A program made the position numbers and the translations under genes. The notes under the pieces were generated by a model that was not told the origin of the DNA, did no database searches, and saw only the letters and a program-made list of their open reading frames with translations. Below, one piece after another: positions 10,906 through 20,026 of a stretch of 64,000 bases of DNA. The DNA comes from an uncultured Chthonomonadaceae bacterium. GTDB taxonomy: Bacteria; Armatimonadota; Chthonomonadetes; Chthonomonadales; Chthonomonadaceae. The stretch's first letter is position 1, and every line of letters starts with the position of its first letter. The stretch is from contig CAWFQB010000009.1 of NCBI GenBank assembly GCA_963817895.1, positions 32,001 to 96,000 of the forward strand, written 5' to 3'.

Positions 10906-12108
10906 ATGCGTTCTTCGGTTTCTCGCGCCTCTTTCCTGCGCCTCGCCGGTCTGCTCACCCTCGGCGGCGCGCTGTCGGGATTGGCGGTTTTGCCCGCCCG
11001 CGCGCAAATCGGCTTTTCCTTTATTGACATTGATCCTGCCATCACCGTGTACGGCTTCAACGATTCGCTGCAAGTGTATGGCACGGACGCAAACGGCAAC
11101 GTGGTTCGCAGTGGCCCCAACGCGCAGAATTTCGTCACGCTCGGTTCGCTCGATCCCAACTCCCCCAACAACTCGCCGTATGCCATCAACAACAGCGGGA
11201 TCGTGGCCGGCTTCGGCACAAATCCTAACGGGGACTCGCATGCTTTCGTCAGCGGCGGCAACGGACTGGTAGATATTGGAACGCTTGGCGACCAGATTGA
11301 TCCCGGTGGCGGGTATACCAGTTCCGCATCCGCCATCAACAAGTCAGGACAGGTGACAGGAACCAGCGATACCGTTGTTCAAAATGGAGCAACCTTCCCG
11401 CCGCGCCCCTCACACGCCTTTATTTACCAGAACGGCGTACTCACGGATCTGGGCGGTATTCCCAACGCGGACGATCCAACCGGCGCGACATTCAGCACGA
11501 CGGCCAACGGCATCAACGACGCGGGCAATGTGGTCGGCTACGGCGATACCAAAGTATCCAATGGCGCGACTGAGAGCCATGCGTTCGTGTATCACAACGG
11601 CCAGTATTTTACGCTTGGCACTCTCAACGACACGATCAGCAGCAACGCCTATGCCATCAACAATCTGGGGCAGATTGTCGGCGCTTCTACCTTTCAATTC
11701 GGCAACTCCAACATGCATGCGTTCGCGCATACCGGAACCGGTCCGCTGACGGCGGGCAACGACATCGGCACGTTCGGCGGCGATACCAGTTTCGCCTTTG
11801 AAATCAATGATTTGGGACAGGTCATCGGCGTTGCGGACGACGCCAATGGGGTGAGCCAGCAATTTTTATATCAGAACTCCACGATGTACAAAGTCAATGA
11901 TCTGCTGCCTGCCTACGCGGGTCTGACAGTTCAGGCCGTTTACGGAATTAACAACAACGGACAGTTACTGGGTTCCGGCGTGGACGCTTCCGGGCAGACT
12001 CGCTACTTCATACTATCCGTACCCGAACCCGGCAGCGTGGCGGCAATGGGCGTCGGGTGTTGGGTATTGGGCGTCGGGTTTCTCCGCCGCAAACGCAAAC
12101 TTCGTTGA
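10906..12108 (+). CDS. PEP-CTERM protein with HAF-family extracellular repeats
   Basis: Signal peptide, repeated AYAINN.GQ..G...HAF units, C-terminal VPEPGS + TM + RRKRKLR. Confidence 0.9.
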   Translation: MRSSVSRASFLRLAGLLTLGGALSGLAVLPARAQIGFSFIDIDPAITVYGFNDSLQVYGTDANGNVVRSGPNAQNFVTLGSLDPNSPNNSPYAINNSGIVAGFGTNPNGDSHAFVSGGNGLVDIGTLGDQIDPGGGYTSSASAINKSGQVTGTSDTVVQNGATFPPRPSHAFIYQNGVLTDLGGIPNADDPTGATFSTTANGINDAGNVVGYGDTKVSNGATESHAFVYHNGQYFTLGTLNDTISSNAYAINNLGQIVGASTFQFGNSNMHAFAHTGTGPLTAGNDIGTFGGDTSFAFEINDLGQVIGVADDANGVSQQFLYQNSTMYKVNDLLPAYAGLTVQAVYGINNNGQLLGSGVDASGQTRYFILSVPEPGSVAAMGVGCWVLGVGFLRRKRKLR

Positions 12109-12133
12109 GATGCGCGCCTGTTTTTGATTTCGT

Positions 12134-13123
12134 CTACTTAACAGTCTCACTCGCGTTTGCGGGTGGGACTGTATTTTGTTTGGTCAGGGCGTTTTGGGGC
12201 AGGTACAGGCGGGCAAATTCGATAATGGCGTCCGCCAGTTTGTCCGCCGTGTCCTTACGCTTGTCTTTGTCGGTGTAGTCGCCGCCAAATTCCAACTGCA
12301 CGGCGTCCATGCCCACTTTGCGGCTGCCGTAGGTAAGCGTGATGTACCCGCCCGTAAAACCGGACTGCTCCTTGCTGTCATCGGTTGGAAAGATTTTACA
12401 TCTCCGCGCCGCCAGCAAACCCGCGAAACTCTCCGGGCCGCTTCGCGCCTTTTCGCCGTACCGTTCCACAAGCAGGCCGAGAGACTTGCCATTGCCCGTA
12501 CCCCGGAAAATGGTGTCCCGCTTCGCCCCCTGACCGTGAATATCCAGCAGCAGTCCCCGTCCCCATTTCTGCTTTACTTCCCCACAGAACCGCGCCAGAG
12601 TTTCGTGATAAGCGTCATACGCGGGTTTAGCGCCCGGAGCCTCGTAACCAATAGTGGGAGGACGGTTGACATCGGCGTACCGGCGGGCGAATTTCGCCAC
12701 GACAAGGTACGGCTTTTTGCCGGTTTTCGCTTCCAGAGCGGCAGACAGGGCAAGGGCGAGCCGATCCGTGTTGACATCGCGGACGGTGCGAAAGCCGCTT
12801 GGTCCGGCTTCCAGTCCTGCGCCGTTGCGCGCGTCCGCGCCCGGAATCGGCTGATCCCCGCCATGCGGCGCGGACAGGATAATGGGAATCTGCCCCTCCT
12901 GAATGGTAATCAGTTCCATGATACTTTTGGTTTGCGCATTGCTGGCCGGGGCTATCGCCGGGGAGGATTTCAATGCTGCTTTTGCCTCCTCCGGCTTCGC
13001 GCCCGTCTTCGGCTCCTGCGCTCCGGTCGGGGCAATCGCAAGCAGAAACGGGAGAAGCGCGGCCCCTTTATGCCGGAAAAACAATTTACCGGCAAAACAT
13101 AGTGGAGAAATAAAAGGATTCAT
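12134..13123 (-). CDS. N-formylglutamate amidohydrolase-like protein, secreted
   Basis: IILSAPHGG, DVNR, YDAYH, LLLDIHG, GGYIT, AVQLE. Confidence 0.8.
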   Translation of the reverse strand: MNPFISPLCFAGKLFFRHKGAALLPFLLAIAPTGAQEPKTGAKPEEAKAALKSSPAIAPASNAQTKSIMELITIQEGQIPIILSAPHGGDQPIPGADARNGAGLEAGPSGFRTVRDVNTDRLALALSAALEAKTGKKPYLVVAKFARRYADVNRPPTIGYEAPGAKPAYDAYHETLARFCGEVKQKWGRGLLLDIHGQGAKRDTIFRGTGNGKSLGLLVERYGEKARSGPESFAGLLAARRCKIFPTDDSKEQSGFTGGYITLTYGSRKVGMDAVQLEFGGDYTDKDKRKDTADKLADAIIEFARLYLPQNALTKQNTVPPANASETVK

Positions 13124-13394
13124 GACGATTCCTGTCGAAATAGAGCGAATAGTGACGGGCGGGCAACATTTAAAGGAGCAGAACCCGTCATAGATAGCGT
13201 ATTTCACAGTGGGAATGTGACCGATTTAACAACCGGATTATCGCTACGCAGGGTTTAATAATACCATCGAATTCGCGAGTTATCCAGATAGTGAATTGTT
13301 GTTGTAAATCATCAAATTCGTGGTATCCTGAAATCAGCAAACGCCGACGCGAAACCATTTGCCGGTCGGCGAACACAGGGGAGAAAGACGCGCT

Positions 13395-14264
13395 ATGTCC
13401 GCCATCCTTACACGCCCATCCGAAAATCTCATGCCTCAACCCTTATCATCCCTGCCGCCCGCCCGCGAACTGCTCAGTTTCGCGCAGGAGCAGACGCTTG
13501 CGCGTCAGGCCATAGAGGGACGTTCGCCGCGTGAGCGGGAACAGGCGCGGCAGCGGTTGATCCTCGCCAATCAGCGCCTTGTTCACAAAATCGCGGGGCA
13601 GTTTCGCAACGCGCCGATTTCTCAGGAGGATCTGGCGCAGGAGGGGATGTGCGGCCTGATTCACGCGATAGATAATTTCGATTATCGGCTGGGTCTGCGT
13701 ATCAGCACATTCGCGGTAATCTGGATTCGGCAGGCGATTATGCGCGCGCTGACCAATCAGGGCCGGTTGATTCGGATGCCCGCCCATGTGTATGATACTC
13801 TGCGCCTGTTGCAGCAGACGCGGCAGAAACTGGGCAATCAATTGGGCAGAACGCCGAGCCTGACGGAGTTGGCGCAGGAACTGGACATGCCGGAATCCAA
13901 AGTGACGCAACTGCTGGCGGCTTCCCTGCTGCCCCTCTCGTTCGACGCGCCGGTTGGCGAAGCGCAGGACACGCGATTGGGCGACATGATTGAAGCGCCT
14001 GATACGTGCGACCCGCTGCAACTGGCAACGCAGCAGAGCGTGGGGCAGTCCGTGCGCGAAGCGCTGCAAATCCTCACGCCGCAGGAGCAGGAAATCCTCA
14101 TCGCCCGCTACGGCCTGAACGGTGAGGACCCCTGTACGCTGGAAGAGTTGAGCAAAAAGCGCAAATCCAGCCGCGAACGCCTGCGCCAGATCGAAATGAA
14201 GGCCCTGCTCAAACTGCGCCGCAACAAGGACATGAAAATGCTTAACTTCCAGAACGAGGGCTGA
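13395..14264 (+). CDS. Sigma-70 family (RpoD/RpoS-like) alternative sigma factor
   Basis: LILANQRLV, DLAQEGMCGLIHAIDNFD, ISTFAVIWIRQAI, region 4 TLEELS...SRERLRQIE. Confidence 0.92.
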   Translation: MSAILTRPSENLMPQPLSSLPPARELLSFAQEQTLARQAIEGRSPREREQARQRLILANQRLVHKIAGQFRNAPISQEDLAQEGMCGLIHAIDNFDYRLGLRISTFAVIWIRQAIMRALTNQGRLIRMPAHVYDTLRLLQQTRQKLGNQLGRTPSLTELAQELDMPESKVTQLLAASLLPLSFDAPVGEAQDTRLGDMIEAPDTCDPLQLATQQSVGQSVREALQILTPQEQEILIARYGLNGEDPCTLEELSKKRKSSRERLRQIEMKALLKLRRNKDMKMLNFQNEG

Positions 14265-14292
14265 AAGTCCGCCATGATTCAGTCCGAAGATT

Positions 14293-14472
14293 TCAGGCGC
14301 GAATGTCCACGCCCCCGTTTGCGGGCGCGGGCGTCGGCAGCAGGGTTGCTACAAGGTCTTTATCCGCCTGCGTCGCCTTTTTCAGCAGCGTTGCCGCTGT
14401 TGCCGTATCCTGTTCCGCGCCCCGCAATACGCCCGCCGATACCGTTCCCGTCAAACTCCCCACTGCGCTCAT
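14293..14472 (-). CDS. 59-aa YjfB-like small protein, below the ORF-track cutoff
   Basis: SD AGGAG before ATG; MSAVGSLTGTVSAGVLRGAEQDTATAATLLKKATQADKDLVATLLPTPAPANGGVDIRA, with LLKKA and a terminal G.VDIRA. Confidence 0.65.
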   Translation of the reverse strand: MSAVGSLTGTVSAGVLRGAEQDTATAATLLKKATQADKDLVATLLPTPAPANGGVDIRA

Positions 14473-14591
14473 AGTGTTTTTTCTCCTGTATGTCTTCTAT
14501 GCTGTCGCCAACATTGCTGATGGTGTCCATCATTGTCGGCGGCATTTGCGGTTCGCTGAAGAGGAGAACATCTGCCCGCGAAACTTCCGCA

Positions 14592-15728
14592 TTAACGCGC
14601 TGATGTTAGTTTGCCAGGTTGGGCATTGAGGGCGCGGTCGAGCCACACGCTCACTTTATCCGCCCATATCTGCCCGTGCGCCAGCAATCCTTTGGGACTG
14701 AAATGGATGCCTTGGCCGTTCTGGTCGCGGTTGTCGCCTGTCAGTGTGTCCGTGTCCGGGCCTTCCAGCGCGATGTTCGTGTCCCATAATTTTTTGTGCG
14801 CGTCGCGGGTACTCGCAAACGACACTTCGCGGGGATTGTGGTACGAAACCTGCGCGACAAACCACGGGAATTCCCACCCAGCAAGCTGTTTCGAGGATTG
14901 GATTACGGTTGTCAGGCGAGTCGCGTAATCGTCGGTCGCCATGCCCGTATCCGATTCGCCCTGATGCCAAAGGACGGCTCGGAACCCGTTCGGCCCCAGC
15001 TCATAAACGCGCGTCATCATCCAGCGGAACAGTTCCCCGTCCGGCTGCCACTGATTGACGCTCGTGCCGCCATGCCCGGTCACAGCCACGCCGATGGGAA
15101 CATGGTACTTCTGGTACATCGCGTCGCCGAACGCGGGCCAGAAACTGCCGCCCCCGCTGTTATCATGTGTACCGGGCTGCGGATCATTGGCAATCTGCCA
15201 GCGCGTACCCGAAAACGCCGACACCATGCCGCTTGTCGGCTGAATATGCTCTTCGCCCGAATTCGTTGAATTGGATTGCCCCGCGCCCACAAACACTTCG
15301 CCGATGCCCACGTTCTCAATCGTGGATTGCGCCACCGTCTGCCCGGACTTCAACGCCCGCACTTCCACCTTGTACCAGCCGCCCGCGCTCATCGTCAGCG
15401 TTGTATTGAACCCCTGCGTGACAGGCAGAAGCGTCAAAGGCTGCCATGCGCCCGGCAAAATTCCCGCAACGGATTTGCCCGTAATCCGCGCTTCCACCCG
15501 GTCGCAGGCGGAACGGACGCGCCCGCTGATGAGCAATCGCCCCGCCTGTTTGGTCTGTCGCTGAAACACCTGATAATTGCGCGGCGATAAAATGGTAACG
15601 TCGGCGTCGGGCGCGGCTTGCGGCGCGTTGGCAGGCGGCTGCGCAACCAGCCTGTCCAGCGCGTAAACAATGGACGAAACATGGAGCGCCATCCAAACCA
15701 TCAACAAACAAACAAACAGTTTATACAT
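14592..15728 (-). CDS. Sialate O-acetylesterase / SASA-family carbohydrate esterase
   Basis: GEVFVGAGQSNS, VLWHQGESD, DxxGIHF; signal peptide. Confidence 0.88.
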   Translation of the reverse strand: MYKLFVCLLMVWMALHVSSIVYALDRLVAQPPANAPQAAPDADVTILSPRNYQVFQRQTKQAGRLLISGRVRSACDRVEARITGKSVAGILPGAWQPLTLLPVTQGFNTTLTMSAGGWYKVEVRALKSGQTVAQSTIENVGIGEVFVGAGQSNSTNSGEEHIQPTSGMVSAFSGTRWQIANDPQPGTHDNSGGGSFWPAFGDAMYQKYHVPIGVAVTGHGGTSVNQWQPDGELFRWMMTRVYELGPNGFRAVLWHQGESDTGMATDDYATRLTTVIQSSKQLAGWEFPWFVAQVSYHNPREVSFASTRDAHKKLWDTNIALEGPDTDTLTGDNRDQNGQGIHFSPKGLLAHGQIWADKVSVWLDRALNAQPGKLTSAR

Positions 15729-16319
15729 GTAACTTCCTTGCAGTGTCCCGTCAGGACAAATTTCGTAACCAGCGTACATTACGACTTCACGCGCCTGTTT
15801 TCCTCTTTGCAAGCGCGTGTTGACGCTTTTCGTTGCTGTTGAACGCGCAGTCGCAGTAAGGTATTATAGAGGAAACGGCGTCGAAATCGAGAACATGCTA
15901 TGGATTGCCACGCCATAAGTCTGTACCGGAAGTTAGATGTAAACGGTTTGCTGCTTGTTGAATTCATCTTTGGAGTAAGACACGTCCACAGGAAGGTAAA
16001 GATGAACAAACAACAGGATCAGAAGAGCGTGACGCAACTGGTAAGGGAAGCTACAGACAGAGAGTTCATCCGGGAAGGTTTGGAAACGGCATCCCGGAAG
16101 CTATTACCCGGCAGCAATTAGCGGAATGTCATCAAATGGCAGACTGCTATGAGGTGTTACGGGCGCAGGGCTATACCGATGGGTCGGTAGGCGTTTTGTG
16201 GGAAGGCAAAATTCCACAGGAAATCCTCGCCGGAGCAGGCGGGAACGGAACCATGCCACAGGTAGAATAGAGGACACGCCTTGAACAGCAACGCAGACGC
16301 CGTGGCGAGGGAAAACAAA

Positions 16320-16769
16320 ATGACTGCAACACCGCAAACGCCGCCGAAAATCTTTATCAGTTACGCGCATCTCGATCATACGCATAAAGACGACCTGATT
16401 AAGCACCTCAAGCCCCGATTGCGCGGCGGACTGCTGACCGAATGGGACGACAAACAGATCAAGCCCGGTTCGCAATGGCATCAGGAGATACAGAACGCGC
16501 TTGCAGAAGCCGATATGGGCGTACTGCTCGTATCCGCGAATTTCCTTGCCTCCGATTACATTCACGAGAATGAGTTCAACGCGCTTCTCGCCAAAAAGAA
16601 TCTTATCTGGATCGCCGTCAGCGCGTCCGGGTACAAACATACGCCTCTCAAAGACCTTCAGTGCGCCAATGATCCCGCGAAACCACTTGACGCCATCACA
16701 AAGGCGAAACGCGCTGCCGCATGGGAAGCCATCTGGGATAAGATATTAGAGGCGTCAGGGGATTTTTAG
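16320..16769 (+). CDS. TIR domain (TIR_2) protein, possibly the frameshifted N-terminus of the next gene
   Basis: KIFISYAH.D, WDDKQIKPGSQW, LLVSANFLASDYIHENE with the putative catalytic Glu. Confidence 0.9.
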   Translation: MTATPQTPPKIFISYAHLDHTHKDDLIKHLKPRLRGGLLTEWDDKQIKPGSQWHQEIQNALAEADMGVLLVSANFLASDYIHENEFNALLAKKNLIWIAVSASGYKHTPLKDLQCANDPAKPLDAITKAKRAAAWEAIWDKILEASGDF

Positions 16770-16813
16770 CCGCCCCTCCGCTGATTAGCACAGCAACGGA
16801 GGGGCGGTTCCAT

Positions 16814-19231
16814 GTGCCGTATGCAGAGAACAGGGCTTGCTACAACCCGCCGATGTTCGACGACTACTTTAAGGGAAGAGACGCACTCCTCGAACAACTT
16901 CACGCCGCCCTGCAAAGCGCAAGTACCAACTCATGGCGGCAGGCGCTGAACGGCGCAAGTGGCATCGGCAAAACCGCCATCGCCAACGCCTATTTTCACG
17001 CGCGCTCAAACGACTATCCACATTTATTTTGGGTGACAGCCGACACAGACGCCAATCTGGAAAGCGCGTTCATTGCTATCGCCAATCTGCTGAACCTGCC
17101 TGTACAGGACGCGCAGAATGACCGGCAACGGTACGAGGCGGCGCGGGAATGGTTCGGCAACCGCAAGAATTATCTGCTCGTGCTGGACAATCTGGAACGG
17201 GGGGAACTACTTGAATACGTGTTTGGAACGCATGGGGTCGGCGGGCGACTGTTGCTGACCACGCGCCTTGACCTCAACGATGTGCCGCTATGCAACGCCT
17301 TTCAGGAAGTTCCCGCATTAAACCGGGAGGGTGCCGTTGATTTCCTGTTCGAGAAAAGCGGGCGTGACCGCAGCCAGGCAGAGGAATATACTTCCGCGCA
17401 GGAATTGGCCGACCTGCTGCATTGTCAGCCGCTGAAGTTGAAAGTGGCAGCCGCGTACCTTCAACTGAACAAAGCCGTTTCCATACGCGCCCATGCCGCC
17501 AAAGTGCAAAACGATGTGTGGAACGAGTCGCTGACACTGGCCGCCCGGTATGGACAAACGCCAACGTACAACGGCATTATCGGCCTACTCAACACCAGCG
17601 TTTTCCTCGCGCCCGATGAGATTCCGGAAGACTTCGCCAGCGCGTACTGCCACCACAAAGCCGCCCTGACGCATGATTGCCTGAACCTGCTATCCAAACT
17701 CGCCCTGATTGAATGGAACCGGGACGCGCATACCTACGCCATTCACCGGCAACTGCGGGAACTGCTGACCGCCAAACTTTCGCAGGAAACACAGCACAGC
17801 TACGCGCAACGCGCCTGCGAAATCATGGAAACCCTGTACCCCGCGCCCAACAGCGAAACGTGGCAGGACGGCGAACGCCTGTTGTCCCATGTCCTCGTCT
17901 GCGCCGACAATATCCGACGGTACAATCTAAAATCCATTCCCGCCGGCAAACTGTTGTACCGCGCCTGCCTGTACCTGAACCAACGCGCCCGTTACAACAC
18001 CGCGTATGCAGTAGAGGCTGTGCTGAAAGAAAAGCAGAAGCAGTTGGGCATCAGCGATCTGGATATGCAGCAACTCGCTGACAAGGCGCTGGATGTGGAA
18101 GGGCTTGCAAAAGCGCTTAAATTAAACAATCAGGGCTATGACTATTACCAGAAAGGCCGCTACGCGGAAGCCGAGCCGCTGTACTTACAAGCGTTGGACA
18201 TTCGGCGTAAAGGGTTGCCGGAAGGCCATCCGCATATTGCCACCAGCCTCAACAATCTGGCATTGTTGTACAAATCGCTAGGCCGCTACGCCGAGGCCGA
18301 ACCACTATACATACAGGCGTTGAACATCGACCGTGTGGCATTGGGAGAGAACCATCGCCACTACGCCAGTGACCTCAATAATCTGGCAGAGTTGTACCGA
18401 TTGCAAGGCCGCTATGAAGAAGCCGAACCGTTGTACATCCAAGCATTGGACATTCAGCGCAAAGCGCTGCCGGTCGGTCATCTTGAGATTGCAGGCAGTC
18501 TCAACAATCTGGCGTTGTTATACAAGTCGCAAGGCCGCTACGAAGAAGCCGAACCGTTGTACATTCAGGCGTTGGCGATTGTGCGCTTAACTTTAGGAGA
18601 GCATCATCCCCATGCACAAACGTCTCAAGAAAACCTGAAAGCTTTGCGTGAGGAACGCGAACAAGGGAAGGCGCAGACAAAGGAGGGTGATATAGCAGAA
18701 CAGCCGAAAAATAACATCTATTTCGTCACTGATGCAACAGGGCAACAGGTGAAAGTCTGCTTTGAACCGCTCACGAGCAAGGACAGCAATGCGCTGAACG
18801 GTGACGACTGGCAAGGGGCGCGGTTTGGCGCGGTGTGGAAGGTATGGGCGGAACACGACATAGCTCTGAAATTGACGTTGTGCAACGACGATGGAAAGCC
18901 GGTACTCGGCATTGTGAGACTCGGAACGGTACAGCGTATTGATGGAGCAGCAGGCTCGCTGTGCGACAGTCTGCTGGAAGCCTCCCCTGTCTACAGGTTC
19001 GGCGCGGCAGTACGGCGCTATTGCGGCATCGGACGTGTTCTGGTGGCGCGGTTGGTTGTGGAAAGCAAAGCGCAGGGAGCGGAAGGGCGTTTGCGCATCC
19101 GTCCGGCAGAGGGCAGTATCCCATTCTATCAGAGACTTGGGTTTATATCGGCCTCGGGAACTCCCTTTTACGTACTGAAAACGCAGAAGGCCGAAGAATT
19201 ACTGGCAGCGTGTACGCCCGCATCAGGGTAA
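16814..19231 (+). CDS. NB-ARC/STAND NTPase + kinesin-light-chain-type TPRs + C-terminal GNAT-like domain
   Basis: FKGRDALL, GASGIGKT, LLVLDN, LLTTR; SLNNLALLY..GRYEEAEPLY repeats; RRYCGIGRVLV...IPFYQRLGF. Confidence 0.85.
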   Translation: MPYAENRACYNPPMFDDYFKGRDALLEQLHAALQSASTNSWRQALNGASGIGKTAIANAYFHARSNDYPHLFWVTADTDANLESAFIAIANLLNLPVQDAQNDRQRYEAAREWFGNRKNYLLVLDNLERGELLEYVFGTHGVGGRLLLTTRLDLNDVPLCNAFQEVPALNREGAVDFLFEKSGRDRSQAEEYTSAQELADLLHCQPLKLKVAAAYLQLNKAVSIRAHAAKVQNDVWNESLTLAARYGQTPTYNGIIGLLNTSVFLAPDEIPEDFASAYCHHKAALTHDCLNLLSKLALIEWNRDAHTYAIHRQLRELLTAKLSQETQHSYAQRACEIMETLYPAPNSETWQDGERLLSHVLVCADNIRRYNLKSIPAGKLLYRACLYLNQRARYNTAYAVEAVLKEKQKQLGISDLDMQQLADKALDVEGLAKALKLNNQGYDYYQKGRYAEAEPLYLQALDIRRKGLPEGHPHIATSLNNLALLYKSLGRYAEAEPLYIQALNIDRVALGENHRHYASDLNNLAELYRLQGRYEEAEPLYIQALDIQRKALPVGHLEIAGSLNNLALLYKSQGRYEEAEPLYIQALAIVRLTLGEHHPHAQTSQENLKALREEREQGKAQTKEGDIAEQPKNNIYFVTDATGQQVKVCFEPLTSKDSNALNGDDWQGARFGAVWKVWAEHDIALKLTLCNDDGKPVLGIVRLGTVQRIDGAAGSLCDSLLEASPVYRFGAAVRRYCGIGRVLVARLVVESKAQGAEGRLRIRPAEGSIPFYQRLGFISASGTPFYVLKTQKAEELLAACTPASG

Positions 19232-19243
19232 GGAGCAAACAGG

Positions 19244-19507
19244 ATGATTGAACATAAAGAGCAAATCAAGCCGACAAAAGCAATCCCATCCGTGCGGGAC
19301 GTGATGGACGCGGAGTATATGACAAATGGAGATGGATTTGGGAGAAAATGGACGCGGGAGGAACTCGACACACAGCACCATATTGGAGATTTGTTGGACG
19401 CGAAACTGGCGGCGGGGTACTCCATAGAAGAAATTAACGCAGAGTGGGAAGGTAAAACCCCGCAGGAGATACTCGCCGAGACAAGCGCGAATAAAACCAT
19501 GTCCTGA
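19244..19507 (+). CDS. Hypothetical 87-aa acidic protein
   Basis: SD taaggag overlaps the upstream stop codon; ATG follows 12 nt after that stop. Confidence 0.65.
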   Translation: MIEHKEQIKPTKAIPSVRDVMDAEYMTNGDGFGRKWTREELDTQHHIGDLLDAKLAAGYSIEEINAEWEGKTPQEILAETSANKTMS

Positions 19508-19577
19508 GCTGGGTTGCTGTGCATACAGAAGAAAATAAAAAGCCGTACAACACGAAAAAGCCGAAACCTCCACCCCA

Positions 19578-19810
19578 TTCCTCCTGTCTATACAAACGTC
19601 TACTAAACAGACAGGTGGAGGGACGTTGCGAGTTCATAGTTCCTATCAACTCGCAACAATCTAACCTGGAAGGGAGGTGCTGGATGATGCCTGTATATAC
19701 TCGTTCGCCGTAACCATTCGGAGGTCACGACGCCTCTACATACAACCTGACACAATGAGACACTGGGCTGGAAGCGCTGCATTGCCAAGATTTCGACGCT
19801 GTCTCTACAT
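19578..19810 (+). repeat. ~235 bp dispersed non-coding repeat, copy 1
   Basis: Aligns along its length with the reverse complement of 33371-33612; the last 54 bp match at 52/54. Confidence 0.8.
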
Positions 19811-20026
19811 ATTGCTTTCCTGATTGGGCCGGTCTTCATCCTGTTAATCCGCTAATCCTGAAAATCCGGGTTCAAGACAATCTGTACCCCGTTTCACAAT
19901 CTGAACCCGCAACGCCCCTGCGTTCGTATTGGAATTTGACTTTCCCACTTGCCGTATTCTGATTGACCGTCTGCGTATGGGAAATAGCAACGTAAAATAA
20001 CGAAGTGATCAGGAGGCGTTACCGCC

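Noticed and set aside
14360..14545. Listed 61-aa ORF as a gene
   Set aside because: An overlapping frame (14472-14293) has a clear SD and a family-like sequence, so it is preferred.
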